Shown here piece after piece: positions 11,687-23,430 of a stretch of 64,000 nt of DNA. The notes below the pieces were generated by a model that was given only the letters and a program-made list of their open reading frames with translations, did not search any database and had not been told where the DNA came from. The position numbers and the translations under genes are program-made. The DNA is from Gordius albopunctatus (Eukaryota), in NCBI GenBank assembly GCA_964276515.1, contig OZ193909.1, forward strand, positions 16,244,001-16,308,000, read 5' to 3'. Every line of letters starts with the position of its first letter. The stretch's first letter is position 1.

Positions 11687-12952
11687 TAGAGCTCTGGACG
11701 GGCCGTCCGAGGCCCGGCCCGAGTTCGGCCCGGCCCGACGGGCTTTCGAGCCGGGCTCGGGCAAATTTTAAAACATTGATCGGGCCTCGGGCTTGGATCG
11801 GGCCCGATGGGCCAGCCCGACTCGTGGCCCGAGCCCGAAAAAAAATTTGAATAAATATTAATCCAAAATATAATTACAATACAAAATAATCCCCCTACAA
11901 ATAAATATTTAGAATTTTACTACCCCCATATATTAACTTGTTTGATTTTAAGTTTTTGATTTAGACGCGTTGCGTGTTTTTAAACCCTAATACAACCAAT
12001 ATAATAATATATCGGCTGTTTTGCAATCACGGGGTGATTCGGCAATTATAGAGAATATCGATATAGAAATAGTTAAAAGCCTAATAAATTTTCTAAAGCC
12101 ATTCAAAACGGCTAGTGATGAATTGGAGGCTGATGCAAAGCCGACCATTAACATGGTACTCTTATGCTATTACAGACTAATCGAATGTTTGAAAAAACCC
12201 TTTTTTAGGGAAGAGTTTAACACTTTGGCCAAAAAGGCCCTTTCGTTTTTAAATTCAAAATTTGAACTTTATATTATTCATAAATTATCCGCATTATTAA
12301 ATCCAAAGTATCGAAATTTAATAATGCTGCCTCGCTATGAATTTCATCATATACGAAGTTTAATAATTATGGAGAAATACAGTTACGCCTAGTATAGCCG
12401 TCGAGCATGGTAATTTTTTAATTTGCATTAAGCACTTATTATTTTTCTAGATAATATAATGGAGGAATAATTTTTAGATTTTAGTAGTTGGGAAGAGCCC
12501 AGAATAGATAACGAAGCTGAGGAAGATGAATTACATAAATATTTAAATACGAATTCTATTGATGGTATGGAAGTTTTGGAATGGTGGAAGATGCATCAGA
12601 GTGAATTTCCTTGTTTGAGCAATTTGGCTAGAAAGTATTTGGCAATACCTGCTACATCAGCTAGCAGTGAGCGAGCCTTTTCTACAGCTGGGCGAGCTTA
12701 CGAAGAGAGAAGGACTTCGTTAAAACCCGAGAAATTAGACTCCATTTTATTTATTTACCATAATTATTCATATTTTAAATCACATAATATTCGCGATACG
12801 TAATATATTTATAAATAAATTTTTGAAATAAAATTGGTACAAATTTACATTTTTACAAAAGTCGGGCCGGGCTCGGGTCGGGCCTGAGTGAAAAAAATAA
12901 ATCGGGCTCGGGTCGGGCTCGGTCCGATAAAATTCAATTTTGCAGGGCTCTA
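11687..12952 (+). mobile_element. Internally deleted hAT transposon nested in the piggyBac
   Basis: TIR TAGAGCTCTG/CAGGGCTCTA, TSD CGTATGGA/AGTATGGA (7/8), GGGCC(C)G subterminal repeats. ORFs 12021-12392 and 12567-12803 encode the hAT C-terminus (WWK...FP.L..LA..YL.IPATSASSERAFS). Confidence 0.92.
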
Positions 12953-14629
12953 AGTATGGACCTCTCTCTGCCCAGTGTAACCTACAGGTTACACCAAACT
13001 TTGGACAACATTATTCCTATTTTAATTAACCAAAAATAATTAATTTTCATATCAAAATAATTGTGAAAGTGTCAAGATTTTAATGGTATAAATTAAAATA
13101 AGAATACTTATGGTTGAGTCTCCATTTTTAGACAATATATAAGAAGCAGTCGAAATTTGAAAATTATCGATATTTGAGACCGCATTATTAATGAAAGAAG
13201 TAAGAGGAAAGGGAATAAAACATATCAGCGGATTCGTCTATGTTTGCTCTTTCATATTCAATTTAAAAATTAATATTTTATCCAATAGTTTAAAAATTAT
13301 AGGCGTTCAAAGTGGTGTCCCCTACAGGTTACACTGGTACCTCTCGGGATAATCATAATTCAAATTATGGGTCGCCTACACCAAATTTTTAAATTTTTAC
13401 AGTATCAAAAAAACTCTAAATTGAAAGTTGTATGTTTTTGAAGGATGACTATTGGTTTTCCAAGGTCATACCCTCTATTTGCGTTCCTTTCGTCATTTTG
13501 ATTAATTTAGAAGTTGATAAATAAGAACGAATGAAACAAAACATATTCCTCAATAATAGCAGGTTTTACAAAAATTTAACTTTTTAAATATTTGTATAAA
13601 TAATTAACTAATCATTTTGCAGTTTATACCCCCCTATACTATAGGCATTCTCGCCGCTTCCCACCTTTCTCCCCCATAAATTGTATAGCAAATATGCTAC
13701 GTTTATATGGAGTATAGATGAGTCGTTCCCTCTTCCCTCCTGCACCTACCCCCCCCTTCTCTTCACCTCCTTCCCTTCACCTCCTCCCCCTTCCCACGGG
13801 GGCCGAAGGCCCGAGTTTTTATTTTCTAATGCTTTCACTTCTGGCAAACATGTTTTAAAATGTTGTTAAATCTGTTGTTATTTTTTGAGATAACATTTTG
13901 TTACCAATTAAAACCATCAAAATCAATTTTACACCAATCACTTATTTCACTTTCGAGTCGGATCGGGTTTGGTTTAAAACGCGTTCGAGTCTGGTCGAGT
14001 TCGGGTTGAAAAACTCAAACGCTTTCGGGTCCGGGTCGCAACTCAAAACGCTTTCAAGTCGGGTCGGGTTTGGGTTGAAAAAAGTGATAAAAGGCATCAT
14101 TTTTTATATTATAATGGAAAAATAGAATGATTATGGAAATAATTCTGGTGTCCGAAGTCGGCCCCACTTATAGCTAAGCCCATCCTAAGCTAGTTTTATT
14201 ACTATTACGTTCGTCAACGCCGTGCTTGCCAATTTTTTTAAGCCCATCGATGCCCGGCTCTGGCGATGCCAGCTATATTTATTTTAATATTAACTATATC
14301 ATGAGCATCAAAAATTAGACTTAAAAAATAAATTTAACAAACCAGAAGAATATTTAGAAATAGGAGGCTCAATTTCTAAAAAAAAGCGATATTAAAGTAT
14401 GTTTAAAAATAAGCATGCTTGTATGAAATGTGCAAAACGCTTTGTTAAATTGTTATTTACAATGAGTGTTAATTTTTTGTATTTTGTTGGAGCTGGGAAT
14501 CTTTATTTACTACAGGTTTCGAAACGATACAATAAAAATTGCTTAGCAATTAATAGAAAGTGAGTAAAACGTGTATATCCAACGCATATATATAAGTTAC
14601 AACCATATATTGATAATTTGATTCACAAC

Positions 14630-15170
14630 ACCTCGGTAAATAACGTATCCCCGGAGACACTTCGCACTCCTATTACCTCTCTACAGTTCCGCCCTTTTCA
14701 CAGACAAAATCCTTAAGGAATGATGGCGGTTTCCCACTACGCTGTGGGTATCTAACCGTGCTTGGCTTTTATTGTGCCTTATACCCATTTGTTTGGATCC
14801 AAAAACATGCGTACCCAAACCAAGTCTCCTGCGTTGAACATTCGCGGGTTCCCGGTCTCTACCCATTGTTGTGGTACGGTTTCCCTCAATACCTCCCATT
14901 CGGTTCGCATACGCCTTTTTAGCATCACCTCTGCTGGGCTTTTATTGGTTGTGGGGTTTTTTGTGGATCTGTAGTTTTCCAAAAAATCTACTTAACCTTA
15001 CTTTCGACTCGTTCCTAATAATGGCTTCTTTAATTAATCGTACATACCTTTCTGTCAGACCGTTCGACGCAGGATAGTAAGAGTCTGTCCATCGCTGATT
15101 AATGCCTCTCATCTTGCAAAAATTCTGTAATTCCTGCCCTTTGAATTGTGGACCGTTATCTGATATTAAA
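14630..15170 (-). mobile_element. Gypsy integrase remnant with PPT and start of LTR
   Basis: SDNGPQF and YYPASNGLTER integrase motifs; PPT-like GAAAAGGGCGGAAC then TGTAGAG. Same family as 23430-24740. Confidence 0.8.
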
Positions 15171-15467
15171 AGATAGGGATATATAGTCAAATTATAATTA
15201 AAATTGCCTATAGATGGCGCTAATTAGAAGATAATTTTAATTTAATAGCGGCATTCCTCGAAGGGGTTATTATTATCTTTTGATTGTTATCGAAAACCCG
15301 CAATTTATGAACTAATTTCTAATAGAATAATGTTTTATTAAAAGGAACTATTTATGAAACAAGGAAGTAACTTTAGTTTAATGAGAAGTGATTATTAAAT
15401 AAAGTAAATCCCAGCCAAAGGCTTATTAGATTTAACAAATAAATTTGCATAGCATTTTTATAAGTAA

Positions 15468-17300
15468 CTAGCTGTGCCCAACCAAGCGTTGCTTTGGCTC
15501 AGTCCTTAAATCTAAAATGGTGTCATATATGGAATAATTTAACGGCCCGTTAGCGGGGAAGGCGAGGAGGTAAAACGTGGCCTAGGATAGGGAAAGTTTT
15601 TCCCGGAGGGCCGTTTGAGTGGAAGCTGGGTAAAAATATTTTAGTGGATTGTAGAGATAAATACTGATGGTAGTTTATAATACGGGACTATAGGAATATG
15701 CATTTCGATGTAGTAAAAAATATAACACGAAAGGTACCTGGTGATGACGGGTGTAAAACGAAGGAGCGGTTCCTTGGTTTAAGTGGAAATATCGCATCAA
15801 ATGCCATCGTCGGATCATTGCAAGGCCATAGGATATACAACATTTTTGGTTTTACTCTCCGGCGCGAAAATAAATAGGTTTCTTGGTATGCCTACACGGG
15901 AGCATGCTACATATAGTTGGCCACGCGAAAAGCATGAATTTTCTAGATTTAAGCCAACAGTCAATGATTGTCCCTGGGCTTTATTGATTGTCATTGCGAA
16001 TTCTAGGCGTACAGGAAACTGTACACGCTAGAATTTAAAGGGCACATCGGTGGGGATCATGGGGATGCGTGGGTTCATCATGTCCTCGCCTTTATACGTT
16101 CCGCAGACTATAGTAGCCGCAATGACGTTTACCGCAGTTGTTTTACGGCAAGTCTGGTGCCATTACACAACCTCGGGGGATGTAAGTTACGCAGGAGTAT
16201 TATAGGGGCAACCAGGTTTCAAGGTTAATTTATGTGGTGGGAGACCCGAAGGTGTTGACGAATTCAAAAATTCAACTGGATAATTTACAATTTGATCGGT
16301 TTCTATAACCGTATCAATAGAGCTGTAAGTAAAAGGATCACCTGGAATGTGCACTTGAATACAATCATTTATACGGGTGACGGCTGCATTTGTTGGCGCT
16401 AATATTGCGCGTTCCCGGAGCCATGTGTGATTGGTGTAGTGCGTTGCAATGTGGGGGAACACTATAGTTTCAACCGCCTCAGGCGATGGCAATAGGTGAC
16501 AAAAGGTTGTTGGAAAGGTGCTTTCCCTTGGAGACGGGGTAAATGGAAAGGTACCGTTCCCCAAAGCTAGGAGTTGTTGTGCAAATGGGGACGTATCCGT
16601 GAGTAAATGCACGCGCATGTTCGTAGTAAGCGTGAGGATCGTAAACTTCCACCAAAGATGTGACGCCTTCAGGCAGGTATTCAGCTCATCAGCCGGTGTT
16701 GCTCTTGGGATAACAGGTAATGTTTGTCGAAAATCACCGGCTAGCAACCTAAGCTAAAAATATAAATAAATAAATTTAAAAAAGGTGTGGGAAGGGAAAT
16801 GCCCATATTTTGGCAACTAATAGACCTACGGGTAAAATTTGGATGCTTACTTAAATAACAACATAACATAATTTCTTTAATAGTTTCCCTTTAAATTATC
16901 ACACAAAATTTCACAATATAAATAAGAAATAAATAAGTATGAAACATCAATCTTACCATAATTTGAAATAGGCAATGATATAAGATACATTATTCTAGAA
17001 AAAGAACAACAATAATGAACCTGGCCGGGAAATTTCCGATATTTTTAAAACGAAAAGGTATTCAAATTTTCAAAGAACACGATGAGGTTGCGTTTGATTG
17101 ACATTTTAATATACGTCAAAACGTATAAAACAAAATATCTCGAAAAACTAAAAGGAATTTTAGGAATCTGAAAAAGCTATTTTACCTCTGGCCGCCCTGG
17201 AAACCTACGGGTAAAGTTTCGCGCGAATCGGGACGGTCGTTTCATAATTTAGCCCTTACATACATATATATATATATACACTTTACTTTATATATATAGA
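15468..17300 (-). mobile_element. Internally deleted Helitron retaining the C-terminal PIF1-like helicase
   Basis: A|TC start at 17300; hairpin plus CTAG|T end at 15468. Helicase motifs AGDFRQTLPVIP, LTTNMRV, ERAILAPTN, GLPPHKL, and downstream FAMTINKAQGQS and GQLYVACSRV. Confidence 0.93.
15810..16750 (-). pseudogene. Helitron RepHel helicase fragment (frameshifted)
   Basis: ORF 16187-16747 plus out-of-frame continuation to KNVVYPMALQ. Confidence 0.9.
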
Positions 17301-17681
17301 TAAAATAAGATCTTAGAGTTACTTCCATTTTCAATTTTTTTAAATGGATTCCATATTTAAAAGCCAACGTAAAGTAATGACTTTTGAATTAAAAGGTGGC
17401 AATCAATTTATCATCCTCTCCCGAAGCATTAAATACGGAAATTTTATATTTATTTGAGACGTTTAGTATACTAAAATATCCTTTTCACTTATTTTCGCAC
17501 ACTAATCATGAGAAAGTTTTTATAACTTTTCCACACCATCAATATATCCCTTATAGTTTCCTACGAAACATGAAACACATTTTACGAAACAATAATATAA
17601 ACAATAATAATAAGTCAGAAACCCAACAGATCTTTATTAAATATTATACAGAATAATTACCAATCACCTCCTACTACTAAA

Positions 17682-17990
17682 AACCTAATATATAAAATAA
17701 CTTGTAATCAATGCAATAATTTTTATATTGGGGAAACAAAAAGAAACCTTAAAACACGGCTCAAAGAACATCTAGCAGTATTGTATATCGCCCAAACGCT
17801 AATTTAACCGCTATTTCTAATCATTTAATGCAACAGAATCACGGAAATAATTTGAAAACAACCATTTTAATTAATACCGAAACTTATTTTGAAAGAGAAA
17901 CCTTAGAATCCTTCTTCATTAGAAGATTACGCCCAACACTCAATGAAGATATGGGTAAAGAAAATCTGTATCCATTCTTACCGTTAAAGA
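17682..17990 (+). pseudogene. Penelope-like element GIY-YIG endonuclease remnant
   Basis: Manual translation NLIYKITCNQCNNFYIGETKRNLKTRLKEHL, then after frameshift ...AISNHL...RETLESFFIRRLRPTLN. This is the GIY-YIG pattern with CxxC typical of Penelope-like elements. Not in the ORF track. Confidence 0.85.
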
Positions 17991-18199
17991 TTTTTTAACT
18001 CAATCTCTTAAAACGTTATAATTGTTTTTTAAATACAATATTTTCATATTAATAATTTACCTCAATAAATAAAGCATTCATTAATGTTTTATTAAGTTAT
18101 CATTTTGCATTTTATATATTTTGAGGCATAGGTTTTCTTTCACTCATTCTTTATTATAACCTGCTTTATCATTGCCTTATATGAAACTCTAAACTAATG

Positions 18200-19230
18200 T
18201 TATTTATGGCGAAGGGTAAGCAAATAGTGGGGATGACCTTGGAAATGCCAATAGCCATCCTTAACTTTAAATTGAGAGTTAAAGTGGATTCCTTTAACGT
18301 AATATAAAGTTTAAACAATTATTTGGCCATTGGTCAGCAGACGGTCAGAAATTGTATAAATACATAAGGGCCAAATATTAAAAAAACAAAAAAATTTCAC
18401 AATTAAACTTTGGCCAGTGGTCATTTTTCTAATGGTCAGCACTCAGCAGGTCAAAAAGAGTATAATTACATAAGGGCCAAATATTAAAAAAAACGAAAAA
18501 AATCTAATCACACTTTGGCCAGTGGTCATTTTTTCCATTGGTCCGTAGCCAGCAGGCGGCCATAAAACCTAAATATATTATCAATGCAAAATTTAGGTTA
18601 ATAACTAAAAGAAAAAAAGAAATGCACAAAGCAGCAGATATGCAATTAAGATAGCAATTAATTAAATTTATCATTTGGTCGGTGTCAGATAAAGTAGAAG
18701 TAAGCAACGGTCATGAATAATTTGCAGGGAATTATATAGCTCGTTTCGCAATCATCCGTTATAAAGCAACAACCTACACAAATAGGCAAAAGAGAATCAC
18801 AAAACAGCAAATATAAATAGCTATTAACCAGTATTTCGGCCTTTGGTCGAGTTCAGATATATTAGAAGTAAACAAAGTAAACAACGGTCATCATTTATTT
18901 GCCGGGAATTATTTAGCAAGTTTTGCAAACATCCTATATATAGCAAAGCAACAATCTAAACAAGTTGCAAAAATAATTTATGTATAAAGCTAATCAGTCG
19001 AGCCCATAAACAATAATCGAATTTGGGCTCGGGCGAGGTCAAAAAATTGAAGCCAACCAGCGGTTATAAGCTAGTGTATTTGTGAAAGCAAAAAAAAAGT
19101 CATTTACAGAAGCATAAGTCCACAGCCATTAAAACTCCTTATAAGTTTCCACGGCAATAATGCAAAAATTACAAGTTGGACAATCACGACACGGCTACGA
19201 AAAGCGAGCCCATAAATTGCATAGCAATTA
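18200..19230 (-). mobile_element. Diverged Helentron/DINE-like copy
   Basis: subTIR CCCATAAATTGCATAGCAATT at about 19209-19229, TTGGCCA.TGGTCA internal repeats and an internal ~170-bp duplication. Confidence 0.6.
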
Positions 19231-19480
19231 ATAATGACATAATTTAAAAGATATTTCTATTATGCAATATAAGATTCATAACCTTCAACCCGACCCGAGT
19301 TAAAAAAATTTCAACCCAAACCCGAAGGCATTTTAAAATCTTCAAACCGAAACCATCGGGTTGGGTTCGGGTCACCCGTGCAGGCTTTTGTAAATTATAT
19401 AATCTTAAAAAGGTAAATAAAAAATATTGAATTGGGTAGATATTAAAACATCATTCTTAAATAAATATCATTTACACAAT

Positions 19481-20666
19481 TAGAGGTCTGCATGGACCGA
19501 AATTTTAGGTTCAGGCCCGGCCCATACCCGCACAAATATTATCTTTTTAGCCCGCACCCGGCCCGCAAAAAAATCTCAAAATTGCGCCGCATCCGGCCCT
19601 CACGAGCAAAAACAAGTCTACGTTGTTGCAAAATTATTTCTTTGTATAGTAACTATTTTGTATTGTTCAAAAAATAATTTAGCTATAGCATATAAAATCG
19701 GTTTTAATTAAAAATTATAATTTAATATTGTCATTTAAAAATAATAGACTATCTATTCTATCAGGCAATAATTTCGTTCTTCTCTGTACTATAAGGCGAC
19801 TTGCTTTACTGAATGTGCGTTCACTCGTAGCATTGTTGGCTGGAATTGACAAAAACTGACTAGCTAATTTTGTTAAGTTTGGTAGCATAAGTTGGTGTTC
19901 TTTCCACCATAAAATTACATCTAGCTTAGCATCTTTAGGTTTTTTCCCCGTTTCATCATCGTCCCAAATAGAAAATATAAATTGCTTAGTGTTGCACACC
20001 TGAGCTGGATCACTTTTAGTTGAACGACTTATGCAAGAAGATCTGTTCAAGAGCCACGATCTTCTTAAATCATCTAATTCTGTTACCGTAGTTTTTTTAG
20101 AAGCTTTTTCCATATTCGGGTAGCTAACGAGCGAAACTAAGAAACAAGAAAATAAAGGTTAATATTTTACGATAAATATCGATATTTGACTTTGAAATTA
20201 GCATAGTTTGGGCTCTTGACTTCAATTTGTAGATCTTTAAGTCAACAGGATCACCATTATACGTAGGAGATGGAAACAAATTTGCGATGCTTTTTATGAT
20301 GTATAAAAGGGTAACATTTTATAGAGTGTTGGTGTCTTATGCGCTTCTAACTCGATACTTGCTCTTTCATAAGGTGAAAGCATATTAATTAATAGCATGA
20401 TATGTTTTATGGAAATGTCTTCAAGTTTTCCAATAAATCTTTGCCAGATAAAAAACTGATTATTTTATCATTTTTAACATAATGATTTCCACCAGATCGT
20501 TGTTCGGAAAATTAATTTTTTTTTTTGTAAAAAAGCTAATAAGTGAATTTTTTTGTTTCTATATTAGAATTATAGTATAAAGTAAAATACTTTTTAAAGC
20601 CCAACCCCAGGCCTCAATTTTTTTATTGCTCTTTTTTAGGCCCGGCCCGGCCCATGCAGACCTCTA
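19481..20666 (-). mobile_element. Internally deleted hAT transposon
   Basis: TIR TAGAGGTCTGCATGG/CCATGCAGACCTCTA, perfect 8-bp TSD TACACAAT, hAT dimerisation-domain ORF 19715-20113 (WWK...LPNL..LA..FLSIPA....ERTFS). Confidence 0.93.
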
Positions 20667-20989
20667 TACACAATACATAAAAATTAAAAATGTAAAAACT
20701 GTGGTAAAAGTTTGTTTAATAATATAGCGCCATCTATATTTTGTATAATATAAATTTATTGAAGTTCGTTCAAATTTATAAGCTAGTGAGGAATGACTGT
20801 TATAGCGCAAAATGACATGGTTGTAATACGAATCATGTACAACATCCAGAAATTTTACCCTCCAAAAAAGTTTGAAAAATTAGACAATATATCTAAAGCA
20901 TTAAATTAATATTTAAAAATATATGTATTTTGTAAAAATTTCATCTTTATTAAAGCACTAAATAAGATAGTATATTATTTAGCTATATA

Positions 20990-21320
20990 CAGTCAAAACC
21001 GTTTAATTGCAAATCCTTGGGCCTGATTTTTTTTCGCGATTAACCGATATTTCGGGATTAAACGATGGAAATAAGAGTATATGTACATTATATTAAATAT
21101 TTATTTCTTACGCTTCGCAATAAAACAATATTTTATATAATTATCTGGTGGACTTAAGGACTCGAAAATGTTTGAGAATATCCGATATTGTACTATTAAG
21201 TGATTTGTCAATAAACAATTTTTTTGTTAATATTATCGTTTAAAAAAACAAAATGGCCTTTAACTTCGCGATTAAAAGATTTCCGCGATAATCCGATTTG
21301 CGATTAAGAAGTTTCGACTG
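20990..21320. mobile_element. Tc1/mariner (pogo/Tigger-like) MITE
   Basis: TA|CAGTCAAAAC...GTTTCGACTG|TA with ~27-bp imperfect TIRs and repeated TTCGCGATTAA-like motifs. Confidence 0.85.
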
Positions 21321-21495
21321 TAGTAAAGATTTTATAATAACAATGTATTGATATTAAATAGTTGCCTCTCAAGCCTATTAAATAGGAGTTGTTTACTTAA
21401 TATTGGAAATTACTTAATAAAAATAAATAAACATTATTTTGTTAGTGTGTCAAATTATCCCCCATTCCAACTTGAAGAACTGGTGTATTTCAAAT

Positions 21496-21803
21496 ATGCC
21501 ATTTTGTGTTGTTCCATATTGTTCTCATAGAAAAACTCGGGATAAACAATATTCTTATAATAAGTAAGTAACAATCGTTAATATATTTTAATTTTTTTTT
21601 ACAATTTTACATAACTTTTTTTTAATTTTAGGTTACCAATGAAAAATCCGCAAACTCTAAAGTCCTGGATTCAGAAGATAAAAAGGGAATTCCAACCATC
21701 AATCCATTTTAGGATCTGTTCTTATCATTATTCCAAGGACATATATTATCCAACTTCTGAAAAATATCATCAATTGAGAGAAAATGCCAATGCAATTTAC
21801 TAA
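21496..21803 (+). CDS. THAP-domain-only protein, 79 aa, two exons (21496-21563, 21632-21803)
   Basis: Spliced translation MPFCVVPYCSHRKTRDKQYSYNK-LPMKNPQTLKSWIQKIKREFQPSIHFRICSYHYSKD...LRENANAIY*. It has the C2CH THAP signature with conserved P and W, a GTAAGT...TTTTAG intron and AATAAA right after the stop. Confidence 0.75.
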
Positions 21804-21899
21804 AACTAATAAAAGTGACATGTTTATTTATTGTTATGGAGACCAAATATTTAATAGAAATATAAAAACCAAATGTTTTTTTTATTGAAAGAAGGTTTT

Positions 21900-22310
21900 T
21901 ATAATATAAATAACATGCATTATTTCTGGTTTTAAAGCAGTCCCATAATCTGAGTCAATTTTTTGGTCATAATGAAAAGATGAAAACATCACCTGCTTGT
22001 TTTTTTTGGAATATAAGATACTAACGTTATATTTTCTTGAAAAAGAAAGTTTATTGATAAGACTTTTGCACTTTTTGCTTGGCCAAAATTTTGTGTAATT
22101 TGCTTTTTATATTGCATTTTTATTTGAATTTGAGATGTGCATTATCAACCTTGTAACTATGTCAAATGGCTTGTTACGATCTTTATAAGAATCATCTGGT
22201 TGAGAGCTTGTGTATAATTCCAAGTTATATGTATGAAAAGTTTTGCTTCTACAAGGGAATAGTTGAGCCCATATTTGTAAGGCTTATTTGGAATATATTG
22301 TCAAAAAGTT
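21900..22310 (-). pseudogene. Highly degraded piggyBac transposase fragment
   Basis: Manual translation gives YIPNKPYKYGL, YNLELYT, MFSSFHYD and KPEIM fragments in the expected order. Confidence 0.65.
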
Positions 22311-22810
22311 ACCTATTTTATTATATAAAATATTCTTGATTTTCTATACCATATAAATATTTTATTTTTGCAAAGTATGTCCTAGTTCTTCTAATTAAGA
22401 ATTAATATAAGAAATAAATTGAATAAAAATTTTTTGGTCAATAACAGTCAATTTACCCTCCTTAAAAGTTTATATATTTGAACTAACGCTAATAAATTAA
22501 TATTATACATAATATAGATGGTGCTATATTTATTAAACAAACATGATATTTATTTTAGAATGCTGTTTTTTATATCTACCCAATTCAATATTTTTTTATT
22601 TACGTTTTCAAGATTATTTAATTTACAAAAATTACGATTTTCTATATGATTACCACTATACAATGTGCCACTTAAGATGACGGAAAAAAGGTACACATTT
22701 TGTGCATTGATAATGAGTCTATCTAGTCTATGTATATAACCCAACTTACCTGCAAGATGCGTTTTTTAATAAGTTCAAGATGCCGGTAAAACAGGCATCA
22801 CCTTTTTCAT

Positions 22811-22978
22811 ATGCAAAAATTTTTCTTTGTTAAAAAAAAGAATGTTCCCTTACCATTGTAAATAAACTATTTGTTTTTATTCTATTGGTATATAATGCAA
22901 AAATTTTTCTTTGTTAAAAAAAATAATGTTCCCTTACCATTGTAAATAAACTATTTATTTTTATTCTATTGGTATATA
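22811..22978. repeat. Tandem duplication of ~84 bp
   Basis: ATGCAAAAATTTTTCTTTG...TCTATTGGTATATA occurs twice, nearly identical. Confidence 0.85.
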
Positions 22979-23169
22979 ATATATATTGATATTGTTATAA
23001 AAGTTTTTAGCATTCACAACTTTTTAAGTCTTAAATAAATAATATGTCGCATGATATTTTAAATACATGATAGACAAATTTAAGATGCTTATTTTAATCA
23101 TCTATGACAATAAAATTCAAGCAATTAATTCTGATGAATAAAAATATTATATCCGGGCCTATATCAATC

Positions 23170-23430
23170 TTCTCTGCTTTTTTAGGTATTGTCCTTATGG
23201 ATTTAGTGGAAACATTTTTTTTCCTATAGCTGTTTGTCACATTTAGTGGTCAGCTCCTTTAAATAGGTTCTCCATGTATTCCTGCACTTACACCAGCTTC
23301 GCTTTAGCTCGTACCTTCTCAAGTCCATATCTATTTTATGCTTCCATGTCAGTTTAGGTCTCCTTCTCTTTCGCTTACCTTCTTACCACCAACTTTCTCT
23401 GAATTTGAACTACATTTAGTTTTACCATCC
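23170..23430 (-). mobile_element. RTE LINE 3' remnant
   Basis: Translates to ...RRPKLTWKHKI..., matching the C-terminus of the RTE at 30410-31135. Confidence 0.65.

Larger units (their letters stand above)
9930..13348 (-). mobile_element. Degenerate piggyBac-superfamily transposon
   Basis: TIR CCCGACAGGTACCAG / CTGGTACCTCTCGGG, ATAA on both flanks, three subterminal palindromes GTGTAACCTAYAGGTTACAC-like (about 10062, 12975, 13315). Confidence 0.88.
9441..13815 (+). mobile_element. Helentron/DINE-like non-autonomous element interrupted by a piggyBac
   Basis: 5' subTIR AATTGCTATGCAATTTATGGG plus (GTCC)n. The inverted subTIR lies at about 13673-13691, and the terminal hairpin GGGCCGAAGGCCC is followed by GAG-Tn. 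Internal sequence is shared with the reverse copy at 18200-19230. Confidence 0.65.

Noticed and set aside
14420..14630. Possible solo LTR (TGT...ACA, 211 bp)
   Set aside because: Terminal repeats are only partly complementary, there is no TSD and no second copy in the window.
15783..16031. Plus-strand ORFs over Helitron, RTE, Gypsy and BAIAP3 coding regions
   Set aside because: Antisense shadows of coding sequence on the opposite strand.
16683..16695. Other CTGATGA/CTGACGA words (16686 minus, 23131, 24558, 45244, 60285) as hammerheads
   Set aside because: No helix II plus GAAA plus UH arrangement; some are simply coding sequence.
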